DNA from: Marsupella aquatica
Lineage: Eukaryota; Plantae; Marchantiophyta
Reading direction: 5' to 3'
Length of the DNA: 64,000 nucleotides
Assembly (NCBI GenBank): GCA_973895155.1
Contig: OZ316893.1
Coordinates: forward strand, 4,514,877-4,578,876
The position numbers and the translations under genes are program-made. Position 1 is the first letter of the stretch, and the number at the start of each line of letters is the position of its first letter. Below, in pieces: positions 33,501-45,182 of this stretch. A model generated the notes under the pieces. It searched no databases, was not told where the DNA came from, and was given only the letters and a program-made list of their open reading frames with translations.

Positions 33501-35529
33501 GTAGACTAGCCAGGTTAAGCATGGAAAATGCAATTGTCACCGCCCTATACTTGGGAATAATTAAGTTTACCTGACTTAAAAATTGTTCTTTACAAATGTC
33601 AGAGTTCGGTCCCACAGATTGCAATATATGACCTTTTAATAGAAACCTTTCAGCATTGGAACTTGGAAGCTCTTGGCCTGCTGCTGCTGTTGTGCCTGCA
33701 TGACATAGTAAGTATTAGCGGACCCACTTGGTCTAGCATTTCATTCCTCCTGCATGACATAGTAGGTACTAGCGGACCCACTTGGTCTGGCATGGATTGT
33801 GTCGTGGACTTCTACCTAAGTGCTAGAGGAATCATTCAAGCTATGTGATATGATAGCTATGTGACAAGAATCCTGTGATAATTTTGGTTCCAATATAGTG
33901 GATGTTTTTGACTTTTGATTACAGGAATGTACAGTACTACTCACATCTTTTAGAAACGCCCTTCTTCGGGATGGGAACATTTTTGTAATCTCAAATAGTT
34001 ATTCAATCTCAAAAGCTTACATCACTGTAGCTCTACGTTTGATTATAGAACTATACAATACTCCCATCTTTTAGAAAAGCACTTTTTGATGATGCAAACA
34101 TTTTTTAATCTGAAAAGCTTACATCGTTGCAGCTCCGCTCACACTTTTTGGAAAAGTCCTGCGAAGAATAAATCTTGAACAGTTTTCAATCTCAGAAGTT
34201 TTATTATATGTTTTGCAGCTCTCACCCAGGACTTGCAGCCTACGTAAATTTGTGTGGTGACTTCTTCAATAACAATATGTGTGGTAATGATTGAAGTAGT
34301 GCCCTATTGGTGCAAGCGGTTGTGCCTGGAGAATAATTGTAGTAATCTTATTTTGGTTTTATGGTGGAGACCGTTGTGCGTGAAGAATAATTGTTTTTCT
34401 TGGTAATGTTTGGAAGTGGTTATTTCAGGCTGTGGAGCTTTAAACAAAGGTGGAGGCCCTGTAGAAAAAATTGACACCCTGTCCCAACACGAGTGGCCAG
34501 AAATCCATAACAGGTAGGCCACATAGTGATGTAGCGCCCGCATATCTCATCTTGAATTGTTTGGTTTGGCTTTCCTCATTTCTTAAATTCTATTTTGTTA
34601 TTCTCACTATTTTCAAAGGCGACCAATACATCACGAGCATAGGTCATTTTCAAAGAAACTGGGCCACTTTTGGTTATCATCAAGAATCTTGTATTTTGAA
34701 GAAGTGTTGAGAACGGTCTGCAGCAGCTGTGTGTATTACTTTATGCTAGGAATCTCCTATCTTGTTTGGCATGCACATGGTGATGATCATCTCTGAATAG
34801 TTTTGTGTGCACAATCCCATGCAAAACTTGGGCCTGTATCATATTTTGTAATTATGTCATAGAAGATACGTCATTCAAACTAAGCCAGCAATGAGATGTG
34901 CAAAATATTCAAATTTATTCCAGCTAAAGTCAGAGAGTTACTACTTAATTTTCTCTTAGCTGGACTTGACAGATTGGTCTTCTAAGGTATGCACTTGTGC
35001 TCTATGGATCATTGGGGGTACTACCTATCTTTGTCTGAAGTGGAGGGTGGAATTTTGACCATTAACAATCACTTGGCGAGCTTCCATTTTTCACAGTTGC
35101 TAAGGAAGGGGACTCGACTGAACAAGCAAGTTGTAAGAGCTCTACCACCCAAGGCTCTGCCCAACTATGTTGTAAGTTGGTATGTTTTAATCTTAGCAGT
35201 AAATGGTTATCACAAAATCAATAGTTCTACAGTTATCTAATATCATGCTTTCTTATTTGGTTGTTGTCCTTGGAGGTGGCTGTCACTACTTCAATTCAAG
35301 ATGTAACTGGGTTTTTGAATCACATCGTAGCTACATCCACCAGCATGAAGTGTCTGACCCCTCTGTAAGTCTCTGATCCCGCTTCCTCATGTGGTATATT
35401 TTGTGGCACCTGGTTTTTATGGTTTATGGTGACTGCAAAGAAAAATTCATGATCAGCTACGAACTTACAAGTTCTGTGTGTGACATATAGGATTGCCTTT
35501 GCTTCAATACACATCTTGCTGTGATCAAA

Positions 35530-35832
35530 TTCTTGTTAGTTTGACAGTGAGAATGTTGTGTTGGCTTGTGAGTCATTTACAGACCCCACATTCAAAAGAA
35601 GAGATCAGTGCCATTGGGGTTGTGAAATTGGATGTTGATGAGTTGAAAGGCACTATGAAGGAGTTGGCAAGCATGATGACTACATGGATGGTCCTTTCTT
35701 CTGAGTGCGTGTGATTGAAGTGTTTGTAGATGTGGCATTGTCATTTGCTAATGCTGGGGAGAACCAGTCTAAGTTATCTCATGTGAAGGGGATGAATGCC
35801 CTGTGGAACTCTAGATTGCTCAAGAAGCAGTA
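35530..35832 (+). pseudogene. Remnant 3' exons of the CACTA TnpA-like gene
   Basis: Matches 46140-46297 (TPHSKEEI.AIG.VKLDV) fused directly to 45183-45325 (RVIEVFVDVAL...WNSRLLKKQ) of the second CACTA. Confidence 0.85.
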
Positions 35833-36946
35833 GAAGCAGCCATGGGCCAAGAAACACTAGACATGATAGAAGTAGGTTTTGTAGAATGAGAATGACAACT
35901 TTGTTTTTCTACACACATTCAGAGTTGTTAGGTATTTCAGATTGCAGCACTTGATATACATCTAATAATATTGTGTATGCTTTTTCTCAATGTCTGTTTT
36001 CTTCATAAATTTGCATTGAGTTGAATAACTATTGTGTTCAATAACTATTGTGGGACTTAAGAATGTATCTTGTATGAATATCAATTGGATTCATTAGGTA
36101 TAGAATGTCTCTTTAGTGTTTCATTCAGCAAATCTATTGAATGACTTTGTAGTGTATGATTTTTGAATGACATGAATTTTTGTCCAATATGACCATTTAA
36201 ATTTGTATAACTCCAAGTCATTGAATACATGACTTGAATGACATATAAAATGATTGATCTAATGGTCATCATGAACTTCTGTAATTGCATCCAATATATG
36301 ACCCACCTCAAGTCATTAAAGACATAGCCTTACTGACATATAAAATGACTGATCTTATGGTCATTATAGACATATATAAATGTGTCCAATATGACTCTTT
36401 TCAAGTCATTCCAGACATGTCATTAATGACCAGTGTGTATCTCTACGCGTTTCTTCCCAATTTAACCATGTGTCTATATATGACTTGTCTATAATGTAGT
36501 CATTTTGGACACGTCCAAAATGACCCAAATTTATTGCCACATGGTTAAAATCCTTTGAGCCACATGTCACTCCTTGATTTGTTACATATTGTGCGTCATT
36601 TTGGACAAGTCCAAAATGACAAATGATCTTTGTTTTTTAATTGCCATGTGGCATTATATAATTGGGTACGGATACAATCGACGGTGAACGGTGATTGACC
36701 GTTGACGGTGGTTTTTTGGTCATTTCAGACCGTTCACCATTTATGACCAAATCATAAATTAAGTCATTTCAGACGGTATAAAATGACCACATGTTTTTTG
36801 CGTCATTTGTCCGAAAGGACCGTGACCAAAATGTCCGTTGTGACGCGTCTGGAAAGACGAGAATGACTGCGTCATTGTTTTGTTGAAAAGACCATATAAA
36901 TAGTCATTATTGCGGTCATAAAGAACCTTGTTTTGTACTAGTGTGG

Positions 36947-38146
36947 GCTGTCCGCATGATTTCTGATCCGGGCTCTGAGTGGGCTGTATTATTCTCTGCC
37001 AACCTCCGGATGTTCTCTTGGAAGAACTCAGTTCTTCTCCGTCGATCTGGATACTCAACAATGGACAGATTTCTCTTTTCATTCCCTTCTAGCTTTTGTG
37101 GTTTGAATTATTCAGCCGGTATATGGAAGGCCTGGGAGAAGATTCGGGGACACCTACACTGGACTCCAGGCTCCCTTGCTGTTCCTGCTTGGTGGAGTAT
37201 TGGGGACCTTTTCAACAAATACTTCTGTTCCCTGAGATTTCCGTTGCTGGCTCTTCCTCGGATCCAAGCAGCATGTTTAAGATTAAATATACGTTTTGTC
37301 TTCGATCTTTGGAACTGGGAAACTGGTGCCTGGATTGACTTCTCGTATGGTATTAATCGGTTGCGTGGTTTCGACGTATCAGTGAAAGACTTGCTAACCA
37401 ATCTTCTATTGCTTGTGCAGGATGGGCCGCCACCTTCTCTGTCTCATTCCTATGTACAATCTCAATGGTATTGGTCAGGATACATTGACCACCCCTACCC
37501 CCGTAACCTACCAAGTACAATAGCATATAAATTCCTTGATAGCTCTCTTTGTGACTATGAATATCTCAATTTCAAATGGGGTTCCTCTGACTCAGCTGCT
37601 TCATGGCAACGTAGGTGGAGGCGGATTTGGCGCTCTGACTTGTCTAACCGTGGTAAAATTTTCCTATGGAGGATTCTAGCTGCTGGTCTTTTTACAGGGA
37701 AGCGAGCCCAACACTGTGGACACGGGGACGGATGCTGCCCTTCCTGTTTGAACTGTCCGGAAGACAACCGACACATATTTTTTTCCTGTGCACATGCTAT
37801 CATAGCCTGGAATAGAACTGCATGGTTCTATGAAAGGCTGCCTGCCATATCTCATCTCCCGGGAGGTTCCTCTTTTACTAGTCTATTGGACTCCGCTCTT
37901 GGTCGTTCTCCACGGCTCTCTGCCCGGCTCTTTGTCATCTTTGAAACAGTCTGGCACATCTGGAAAAATAGAAACTTTCGGCTGTTTCAAAATCAACCTA
38001 TTTTGTTTTCCCCGTTCTATGTAGCATCCTCTGTAGTTCTCCACCTTCGTTCGGTGGCTATTTGTTCCGTCTCTGAGAAAAAGTGCCAAAGGTTATACTA
38101 TGCAAAAAAATATATATCTCGCTCCCTCTCCAACCGGTCTGGCTGA
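36947..38146 (+). CDS. L1 ORF2, 3' part (zf-RVT)
   Basis: Removing the CACTA and one TSD gives ...MARW|AVRMISD... in frame (1300 aa in total). Motifs KIFLWR, CPSCLNCPEDNRHIFFSC and WHIWKNRN. Confidence 0.93.
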   Translation, partial: AVRMISDPGSEWAVLFSANLRMFSWKNSVLLRRSGYSTMDRFLFSFPSSFCGLNYSAGIWKAWEKIRGHLHWTPGSLAVPAWWSIGDLFNKYFCSLRFPLLALPRIQAACLRLNIRFVFDLWNWETGAWIDFSYGINRLRGFDVSVKDLLTNLLLLVQDGPPPSLSHSYVQSQWYWSGYIDHPYPRNLPSTIAYKFLDSSLCDYEYLNFKWGSSDSAASWQRRWRRIWRSDLSNRGKIFLWRILAAGLFTGKRAQHCGHGDGCCPSCLNCPEDNRHIFFSCAHAIIAWNRTAWFYERLPAISHLPGGSSFTSLLDSALGRSPRLSARLFVIFETVWHIWKNRNFRLFQNQPILFSPFYVASSVVLHLRSVAICSVSEKKCQRLYYAKKYISRSLSNRSG

Positions 38147-40881
38147 TCCCAACATCCCTGATCCCTTTCTCTACATTCACAGTATTCTTATTGTCTGCAG
38201 TCGATCCCTCGACTTTACCCCTGTCTTGTCTGGGATACAACGCATCTGCTGGCCTTTCTATGTTCACATCTCTATCATCTCCCGTGTGCCTAACCTATTT
38301 CTCCACTCCACCTATACTCCTCCAACCTCTATTCGTGGTTCCTAGTTGATCTATTCACGTATCTTTTTCTCAAATCTGTGGGATATTCACACATTCATTA
38401 CGTTTCTTCTTGGAGGTGTGTGGCGACCATGATCTTCTTCAGCATCTATTATGGACCCTCAGTTCCTGCTGTCAGCTGTCAATTTGAGGACGCTTCCTCC
38501 TCTTCCACTCCATGTTCCTGGTGGATTCTGATTCTCCGCCGACAAGTACTTCAGGCTTGACTTTCTATTATTGGCTTGCTATGATCTTGGATTGGGCCCC
38601 CCATCCTCTTCCTCGGTCTACGCATTAAATTTATAGTTTCTACCCAAGGATTTTTACTTTCTTTCCATTTCCTCTTTCCAGATTCTCCTTTCCGCCTGGA
38701 CTGATATTGTCTGGGCCCTTGCTCTTTTTCTGGCAATGGTTTACCTCTAATCATTGCTTCCTCTTGGAATCTCCACAGGTGTGATCTCGGTCTGGTTGCT
38801 CACTTGGGTTTTGTTTGGACCTGCTATCATCATCCTCCATTGTGCCCTTCGATCGAAGATGGTGCCTACTTGCGTGATTGACATATTAAATCCTTTCTGT
38901 TGGTTGTGGTGGAGCCCTTCATAGATAATTATCTTGGAGTTCTTGGATCCACCCCATCTGCCGGTCTTCCTTTTCTCCCTCCGGCTGCAATCCCTGGTCA
39001 CTATATCTCACCATTCATCAAGAGCTTACGCGCAATAGAATATGTGAGCTCTGATCTAGCATTGGTTTTTCCGGGACTTCGGAGACCAGCCCATTAATAT
39101 TGTGATATGGGCTCTCCCTCTCTGGAATTAATGGTCCATATATTTTCTACCTGGGTTCATCTTTTATGCAGTCCCCTTCTGGGCGGCACATATTGTTGAC
39201 CCAGTCCGGCCTTGCCCAGATGTAGTAGGACATGCATGTAAACAAGCATAAGCTCCCCTATCTCATGGCATAGGGACCTGATGGAGATGTTGCGGTGGAG
39301 ATGCGACCAGTTATCGAGAGTCCTGGATTGGAGCATGGTGGACTGGTGGGTTCTTGCGAGTGCAGCGTCAAGTGGTGGCTGTGGTGGTAGATCGGTGGCC
39401 ATGGTTGGGTGTTGATCAGCAGTCTCCTTTCATTTTCCTTGTGGGTTATCGGTTTGGGATTCTCGTTTGTGGTCTTTCTTGTTTCTCTCCTAGTTCATTC
39501 TCGATCTTAGGTGACGCTTTCCCATCCCTAGTTTCCCTCCCCCTTCCTTGATCTGCCTCCCTCTCCGGCGGTCTGTGGGGTTAGTGCCTCTCTTTCCATA
39601 TGGGTGTGCTCCTTCTCCAGCCCCCTTAATTTTCCTTGTTTTCCTGTCTCCTTCCATCAGACAGTTGTTTTATTTGCACGGTTTCCGTGTTTTTCAATTA
39701 AGTTTTGGGCTTTGTCCCTTTGAAAAAAAAAATTTAAAAAATTAAAAAATTAAAAAATTAAAACATTGATGTTGCAGAAAAAAATGGATATTTTCCATGT
39801 AAAAACACGTGTCCCAATTACATGGAGGCACGTGGTCCAATATAAACATGACGCATGTCGCATATACATATGGCAGTAAAACCCCTAACTTATATGGACA
39901 TCTTCCGTGGAATATGTCCCAATTAAAAAATGCCTATTGTGCTTTAAAGTGGCCCAACAATTAAAACGGGCCCTATTGTTCTTCCACCAAACTTCCGAAG
40001 TCTTCCGCCGAACCCAATTAAATGGCCCTATACTTCGTCGCACGTGATGTGCCACTTCCGTGGAAGTGACCCCCCCGAGAATGGACCTTCACTCATCATG
40101 GCCTACGAAAAGCTCCTAAAACCACAAGCTAGGGTTATTTGTGCTGGTCCATAATGACACCATGAGGGACCTCTCTAATGATCAATATCCATTCATTTGG
40201 TACATATGACCTCCAATATGATAGTCAAAATTACCCCAATTTGAGTCATTTTCATAATGACACACCATTGTTGCATATTGACCAAATAAAGATTACAATA
40301 ACTCCTCAGAATGCCCCATCGCTATTCATTTGCAAAACAGAGTATCCCCCATCCAAACACCAATACAAATATCACATAGTTACATGGAATGATGATGTCC
40401 AACCCTCCATTCTTGTTGCACTACCTCTTGGAGAGACAAAAGAAAAAGGGTTCCATTTGCCTTTGGATAAGTGGTATCCATTGATTGTCACTTTTTTGGC
40501 AAATCACTCTAGAGTCATACTACTTGGGAGTGATTTCACCAAGATTGCATCATGCCTTACGTAAATGCAAAACTATGCGTCAAAATTAATTATGGTGCAC
40601 TAGTGGTAGGAGAATAGTAAATATAGTGTTCCACACCTAGTGGAGGGGTTGTCAGCTCTATGTAAAGCCACATGGCACTCTAGGGCCCATCTCCAACCTC
40701 TAGCCCCAAACTGGTCATTTGTGCTGCCTAATCCTGAATGACTACACAAGGGACCCCTCTAATGACTACAAATACATTCTTTTGACACATATGACATCCC
40801 ATATGACAATTGCAATGACCCTACATGTAGTTATTGGTAATTATGACATGCAATGGTTCACAAATGACCGAATGAAGACCC

Positions 40882-41121
40882 TTCGGGGGTTTCACTTTCA
40901 CAAAAATGGCACATCGATCATGTGCGACAAAGTATATGGTCATTTTATTGGTTTGAAGGGAAGACTTAAGAATTTTCTGAGAAGAACAATTGGGTTTTTT
41001 AAATCAAATATTCCAACTTTATAGGGGTTGAAAATTAAATATTTTTTCTTACATTTTAGGGGGTCCAAGGCCTAAAATTTCACAGGTGATGGGGAGGCAT
41101 CCATATAATGAGACCCCCAAG
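40882..41121. mobile_element. 240-bp MITE of the P-like family
   Basis: Ends TTCGGGGGTTTCAC...ATGAGACCCCCAAG. 8-bp TSD GAAGACCC/GAAGGCCC with one mismatch. It is a reverse-complement homologue of 42588-42872. Confidence 0.85.
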
Positions 41122-42587
41122 GAAGGCCCTAGTACCTCCAAAGCGAGCCCAATCTATATTCCTTGCAAAATTGGAATATTCCTAGTCTCTACCTCAAACC
41201 CGCACACACACCCTAGAGAGCGAAGCACTACGACCTTGCCCATTCCATTGATGTTGCACTATGTACCTCTTAGAGAGACCAAAAATGTTTTAATTTGCAT
41301 TTGGATAAGAAGGTACCATCCATAATGACACTTTGGCAAATCCCTCCAAAGTTGTATGACTTGGGAGTGATTTTTCCAAAGTTGCATCATGCCTAAAGTA
41401 AACACAAAAACATGGCTCCAAAATATTTATAGCGCAACTAGTGGTCAGAGAATGACGAGTATAGTGTCCCGCACCTAGTGAAGGGGTTGTCAACTCCATG
41501 TAGGGCCCCATGGCACTCTAGGGCCCACCTAAATCTCCTAGACCCAACAGGGTCATTTATGCTAGTCCATAATGACACCATGAGGGACCTCACTAATGAC
41601 CACATATGCAGTCATTTGGTCCAAATGACCTCCAATATGACTGCCAAAATTACTCTTACTGCAGTCATTGGCACTAATGACACACCATCACTCCAAAATG
41701 ACCCAATGAAGATTACAACACCTAGTCACAATGCCCCAACACTATTCTTTGCCAAACGGAGTATCCCCATCAAACACCAACACAAAAATCACACAATTAC
41801 ATACTATTAGAAGGAGAACAATCTTCCATTGGTGTTGCACTACTTCTTGGAGAGACAAAACAAACGGCTCAATTTTCCTTTGGAAATGATGGTATGACTC
41901 TATGGTGACACTTTTGGCAAATCACTCCAAAGTTGTATGACTTGGGAGTGATTTCCCCAAGGTTCCATCATGCCTTTAGAAGTAAACACAAAAACATGGC
42001 TTCAAAGTGCTAATGGTGCAACTAGTGGTTGGAGAATAGCAAATATAGTATTTTGCACCTAGTGGAGGCGTTGCAAGCTGTATGTGGGGCCACATGGCAC
42101 TCTAGGGCCCACCTCCAACGCTTAGCCCCAAATTGGTCATTCATGCTTGTCTTCAATGACTACACTAGGGACCCCTCAAATGACAACAAGTCCAGTCATT
42201 TGATTTATATGACATCCCATATGACCATTTCAATGACCCTACTTGTAGTCATTGGCACTCATGACACGACTTTGTTAAAAAATGACTCAATGAAGGTCCT
42301 AGTATCTCTAGAGAGAGCCCACTCTAGATTCCTTGTAAAATTGGAATATTCCTATACCTTTAAACATCTCACACATCATAGAGGGAAGCACCACTGTCAC
42401 GCCCATTCCATTGGTGTTTCAGTACCTCTTGGAGAGCCAAAACAAGGTTTCCTTTGCCTTTGGATCAATGAAATTCAACCATGGTGACACTTTTGGCAAG
42501 TCACTCCAAAGCCGTATGACTTGGGAGTGATTTCCCCAAGGTTCCATCATGCCTTAAGTAAACAAAAAAAATATGGCTCCAAAGTGT

Positions 42588-42872
42588 CTTGGGGGTCTCA
42601 CTACATGGGGACCTCCCCATCACCTGCGACGTTTTTAGGCCTTGGACCCCCTAAAATGTAAGAATTTTTTTTATTTTGTAACCCCTATAAAGTTGGAATA
42701 TTCCAAAAATTGGATTAGAAAGGCCCTAATATTCTTATAAGTCTCAAAATTGAATTTAAAAGACCCTATTGTTCTTCTACAAAAATTCTTAAGTCTTCCC
42801 TTACAACCAATAAAATGACCCTATCCTTCGTCACACGTGATATGCCATTTTTGTGGAAGTGAAACCCCCGAG
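42588..42872. mobile_element. 285-bp MITE of the P-like family
   Basis: Ends CTTGGGGGTCTCAC...GTGAAACCCCCGAG. Perfect 8-bp TSD CAAAGTGT (42580-87 and 42873-80). The interior resembles 14317-14470 and 39950-40079. Confidence 0.92.
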
Positions 42873-43588
42873 CAAAGTGTTCATGGTGCAACTAGTCGTT
42901 GGACAATAGCACTGGGTATAGTGTCCCGCACTTAGTGGAGAGGTTGCCACCTTCATGCAGGGCCCCATGGCACACTAGGGCCCACCCAAAGCTCCTAGAC
43001 CCAAAGGGTCATTTCTACTGGTACATAATGATGATATTTGTAGTCATTGGTTTTTTTGAGACAAGTATATTCATAAGTGATGGAATGAAGGTCCTAGTAC
43101 CTCCAAAAAGAGCCCACTCTAGATTTCTTGCAAAAGTGGAATAAAACCCTAAACCCTTAAACCCTCATGCATATGCACCATAGTAAGAGGGAAGCACCAC
43201 AACCATGCCCATTCCATTGTTGTAGCACTACCTCTTGGAGAAACAAAACAAATGGCTCCATTTGCCTTTGGAACATAAAATATTCATCGGACATGATGAC
43301 GTTTTTGGCAAATCACTCCAAAGTTGTATGACTTGGGGGTGATTTCCCCAAAGTTGCATCAACACCTTAGGTAAATGCAAAAACATGTCTCACGATTAAT
43401 GATGGTGCAACTAGTGGCTGGAGAATAGTAAGTAGAGTGTCCAGCACCTTGTGAAGGGGTTGTTGGCCCCCCATGTAGTCCCTATCCCCAAACTGGTAAT
43501 TTGTGCTTCTCCTAAATGACTGCACAAGGGACCCCTCAAATCACTACAATTCATGTCATTTGGCTTATATAACATCCAATGTGACCAT

Positions 43589-44099
43589 TGTTGAGCATAG
43601 ACGACACTCGTAACGGTAAGCACATGACAGATCCAACGTGCAAGTAGTCGACACAAGAGATACGTGGTTCACCTCCTCGAGGCTACATCCATGGGAACAC
43701 ACAAGAGAACTTTACTGAACTCTAAGCCCGTCGACCATACCAAGTCTCCACAGTGTAAGCTCTCCTCATCTCTCAAGTGGCTCCATAACAATGAGCCTAA
43801 GTTCCACTTATCCAAACAAACATCGCTTGGCATATAGTGTGCATCCTAGTTAACCTAACCATGTCTCCGACTACGGTTAGTCTAAGGTGGATTGCATGAT
43901 TGAGGACTACCATTTTAGTCCTTTTTTCTCCATAAGAAAGGACTCCATGAGCACTTAATAGGAGTCCATGAGCACTGAATGTGCCATATATCCCTTGATG
44001 GCTAGGATTGAGTAGTTGAGATTGAAAGGTTAGATCTTGCATGCCAAGTCTTTTGGAAGTGTGTCCACACTTTTTGAAAGTCCTTACCTCTTGGAAGTG
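43589..44099. mobile_element. Probable LTR fragment (Copia-like)
   Basis: The satellite breaks abruptly into TGTTGAG. It contains gacacaagagatacgtggttc...gctacatcca, a pattern I associate with plant Copia LTRs read antisense. No second end or TSD is seen. Confidence 0.45.
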
Positions 44100-45182
44100 C
44101 ACTAGTAGAAAACAATGTATTTTATGACCAAAACAATGACTATTAATCAGGTCTTTTTAACAAAACAATGACGCAATTGTTCTCGTCTTTCCAGACACGT
44201 CACAACGGACATTTTGGTCACGGTCCTTTTGGACAAATGACGCTAAAAACATGTGGTCATTTCATACTATCCTAAATGACCGTTTTTATGATATGGTCAT
44301 AAATGTTGAACGGTCCAAAATGACGACACAAATCACCATCGACGGTCAATTGCCGTTGACCGTCGATGGTCCCCGTACCCAATCACACAACGACACGTGG
44401 CAATAAAAAAACTAATAACATTGGTCATTTTGGACAGTCCAAAATGACGTACATTATATAACAAATCAAATAGTGACACGTGGTTCAAAGAGGATTCACC
44501 ATTTGGCAATATATTTGGGTCATTTTGGACGTGTCCAAAATGACTACAGTATAAACAAGTCATATTGAGACACGTGGTTCAATTGGGAGAAGACACGTAA
44601 AGATACACATTAGTCATTAATGACATGTCTTGAATGACATAAAGTGAGTCATAGTGGACTTGTTTATAATGACCATGAGAAAGGTCATTGTATATGTCAT
44701 TCTTTGAATCATTTAGTCTATGTCTTTAATGACCAGAGTTGAGTCATATTGGTCACAAAGATAGTTGTGAATAATGACCATTACATCAGTCATTCTAGCT
44801 AGTCATTTAGTCATTCAAGCCAATCATTCAGACGAAGTATTCAATGATTTGGAGAAATTCAAATTTAAGTGATCATGATAGATAAAACTTGATGTCAATC
44901 AAAAATCATATATTACAAAGCCATTCAATAGAGTTGCTAAATGAAAACTTAAAGAAACATTCGATATATATCACAAATCCAATTGATATTCATACAAGAT
45001 ACCTTCATAAGTCTCACGGTAAATATTGAACTCAATGCAAATTTATGAAACAAAATTACATTGACATCAATAATATTAGATTGTCAATTGTTACAACCTG
45101 ACATACCAATCACTCTGCATGTTTATAGAAAAACAGAGTTGTCATTCTATCATGTCTATTGTTTCTTGATAGAGTGCTATTT

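Larger units (their letters stand above)
24947..36943 (+). mobile_element. Non-autonomous CACTA (En/Spm) element, 11,997 bp
   Basis: Starts CACTAGAAGAAAACAGGG and ends CTTGTTTTGTACTAGTG, with 3-bp TSD TGG (24944-46 and 36944-46). Both ends are homologous to the ends of 44100-63120 in inverted orientation. No transposase present. Confidence 0.95.
18703..39756 (+). mobile_element. Apparently full-length plant L1-clade LINE (~9.06 kb without the nested CACTA)
   Basis: 14-bp TSD ATTAAAACATTGAT at 18689-18702 and 39757-39770. A-rich tail at 39723-39756. ORF1 and ORF2 are present, with ~1.7-kb 5' UTR and ~1.6-kb 3' UTR. Confidence 0.92.
14317..40079 (-). mobile_element. P-element-like DNA transposon, copy 2 (~4.7 kb after removing the nested L1)
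   Basis: Perfect 14-bp TIRs: CTCGGGGGGGTCAC at 14317 and GTGACCCCCCCGAG ending at 40079. Perfect 8-bp TSD AATGGACC at 14309-14316 and 40080-40087. Contains the transposase remnant 14931-17287. Confidence 0.9.
40088..43588 (+). repeat. More diverged ~580-bp satellite array (continues 13985-14316 once the P-like insertion is removed)
   Basis: The marker ggcaa(a/g)tc(a/c)ctc recurs at about 40499, 41336, 41916, 42495 and 43308. Confidence 0.85.
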
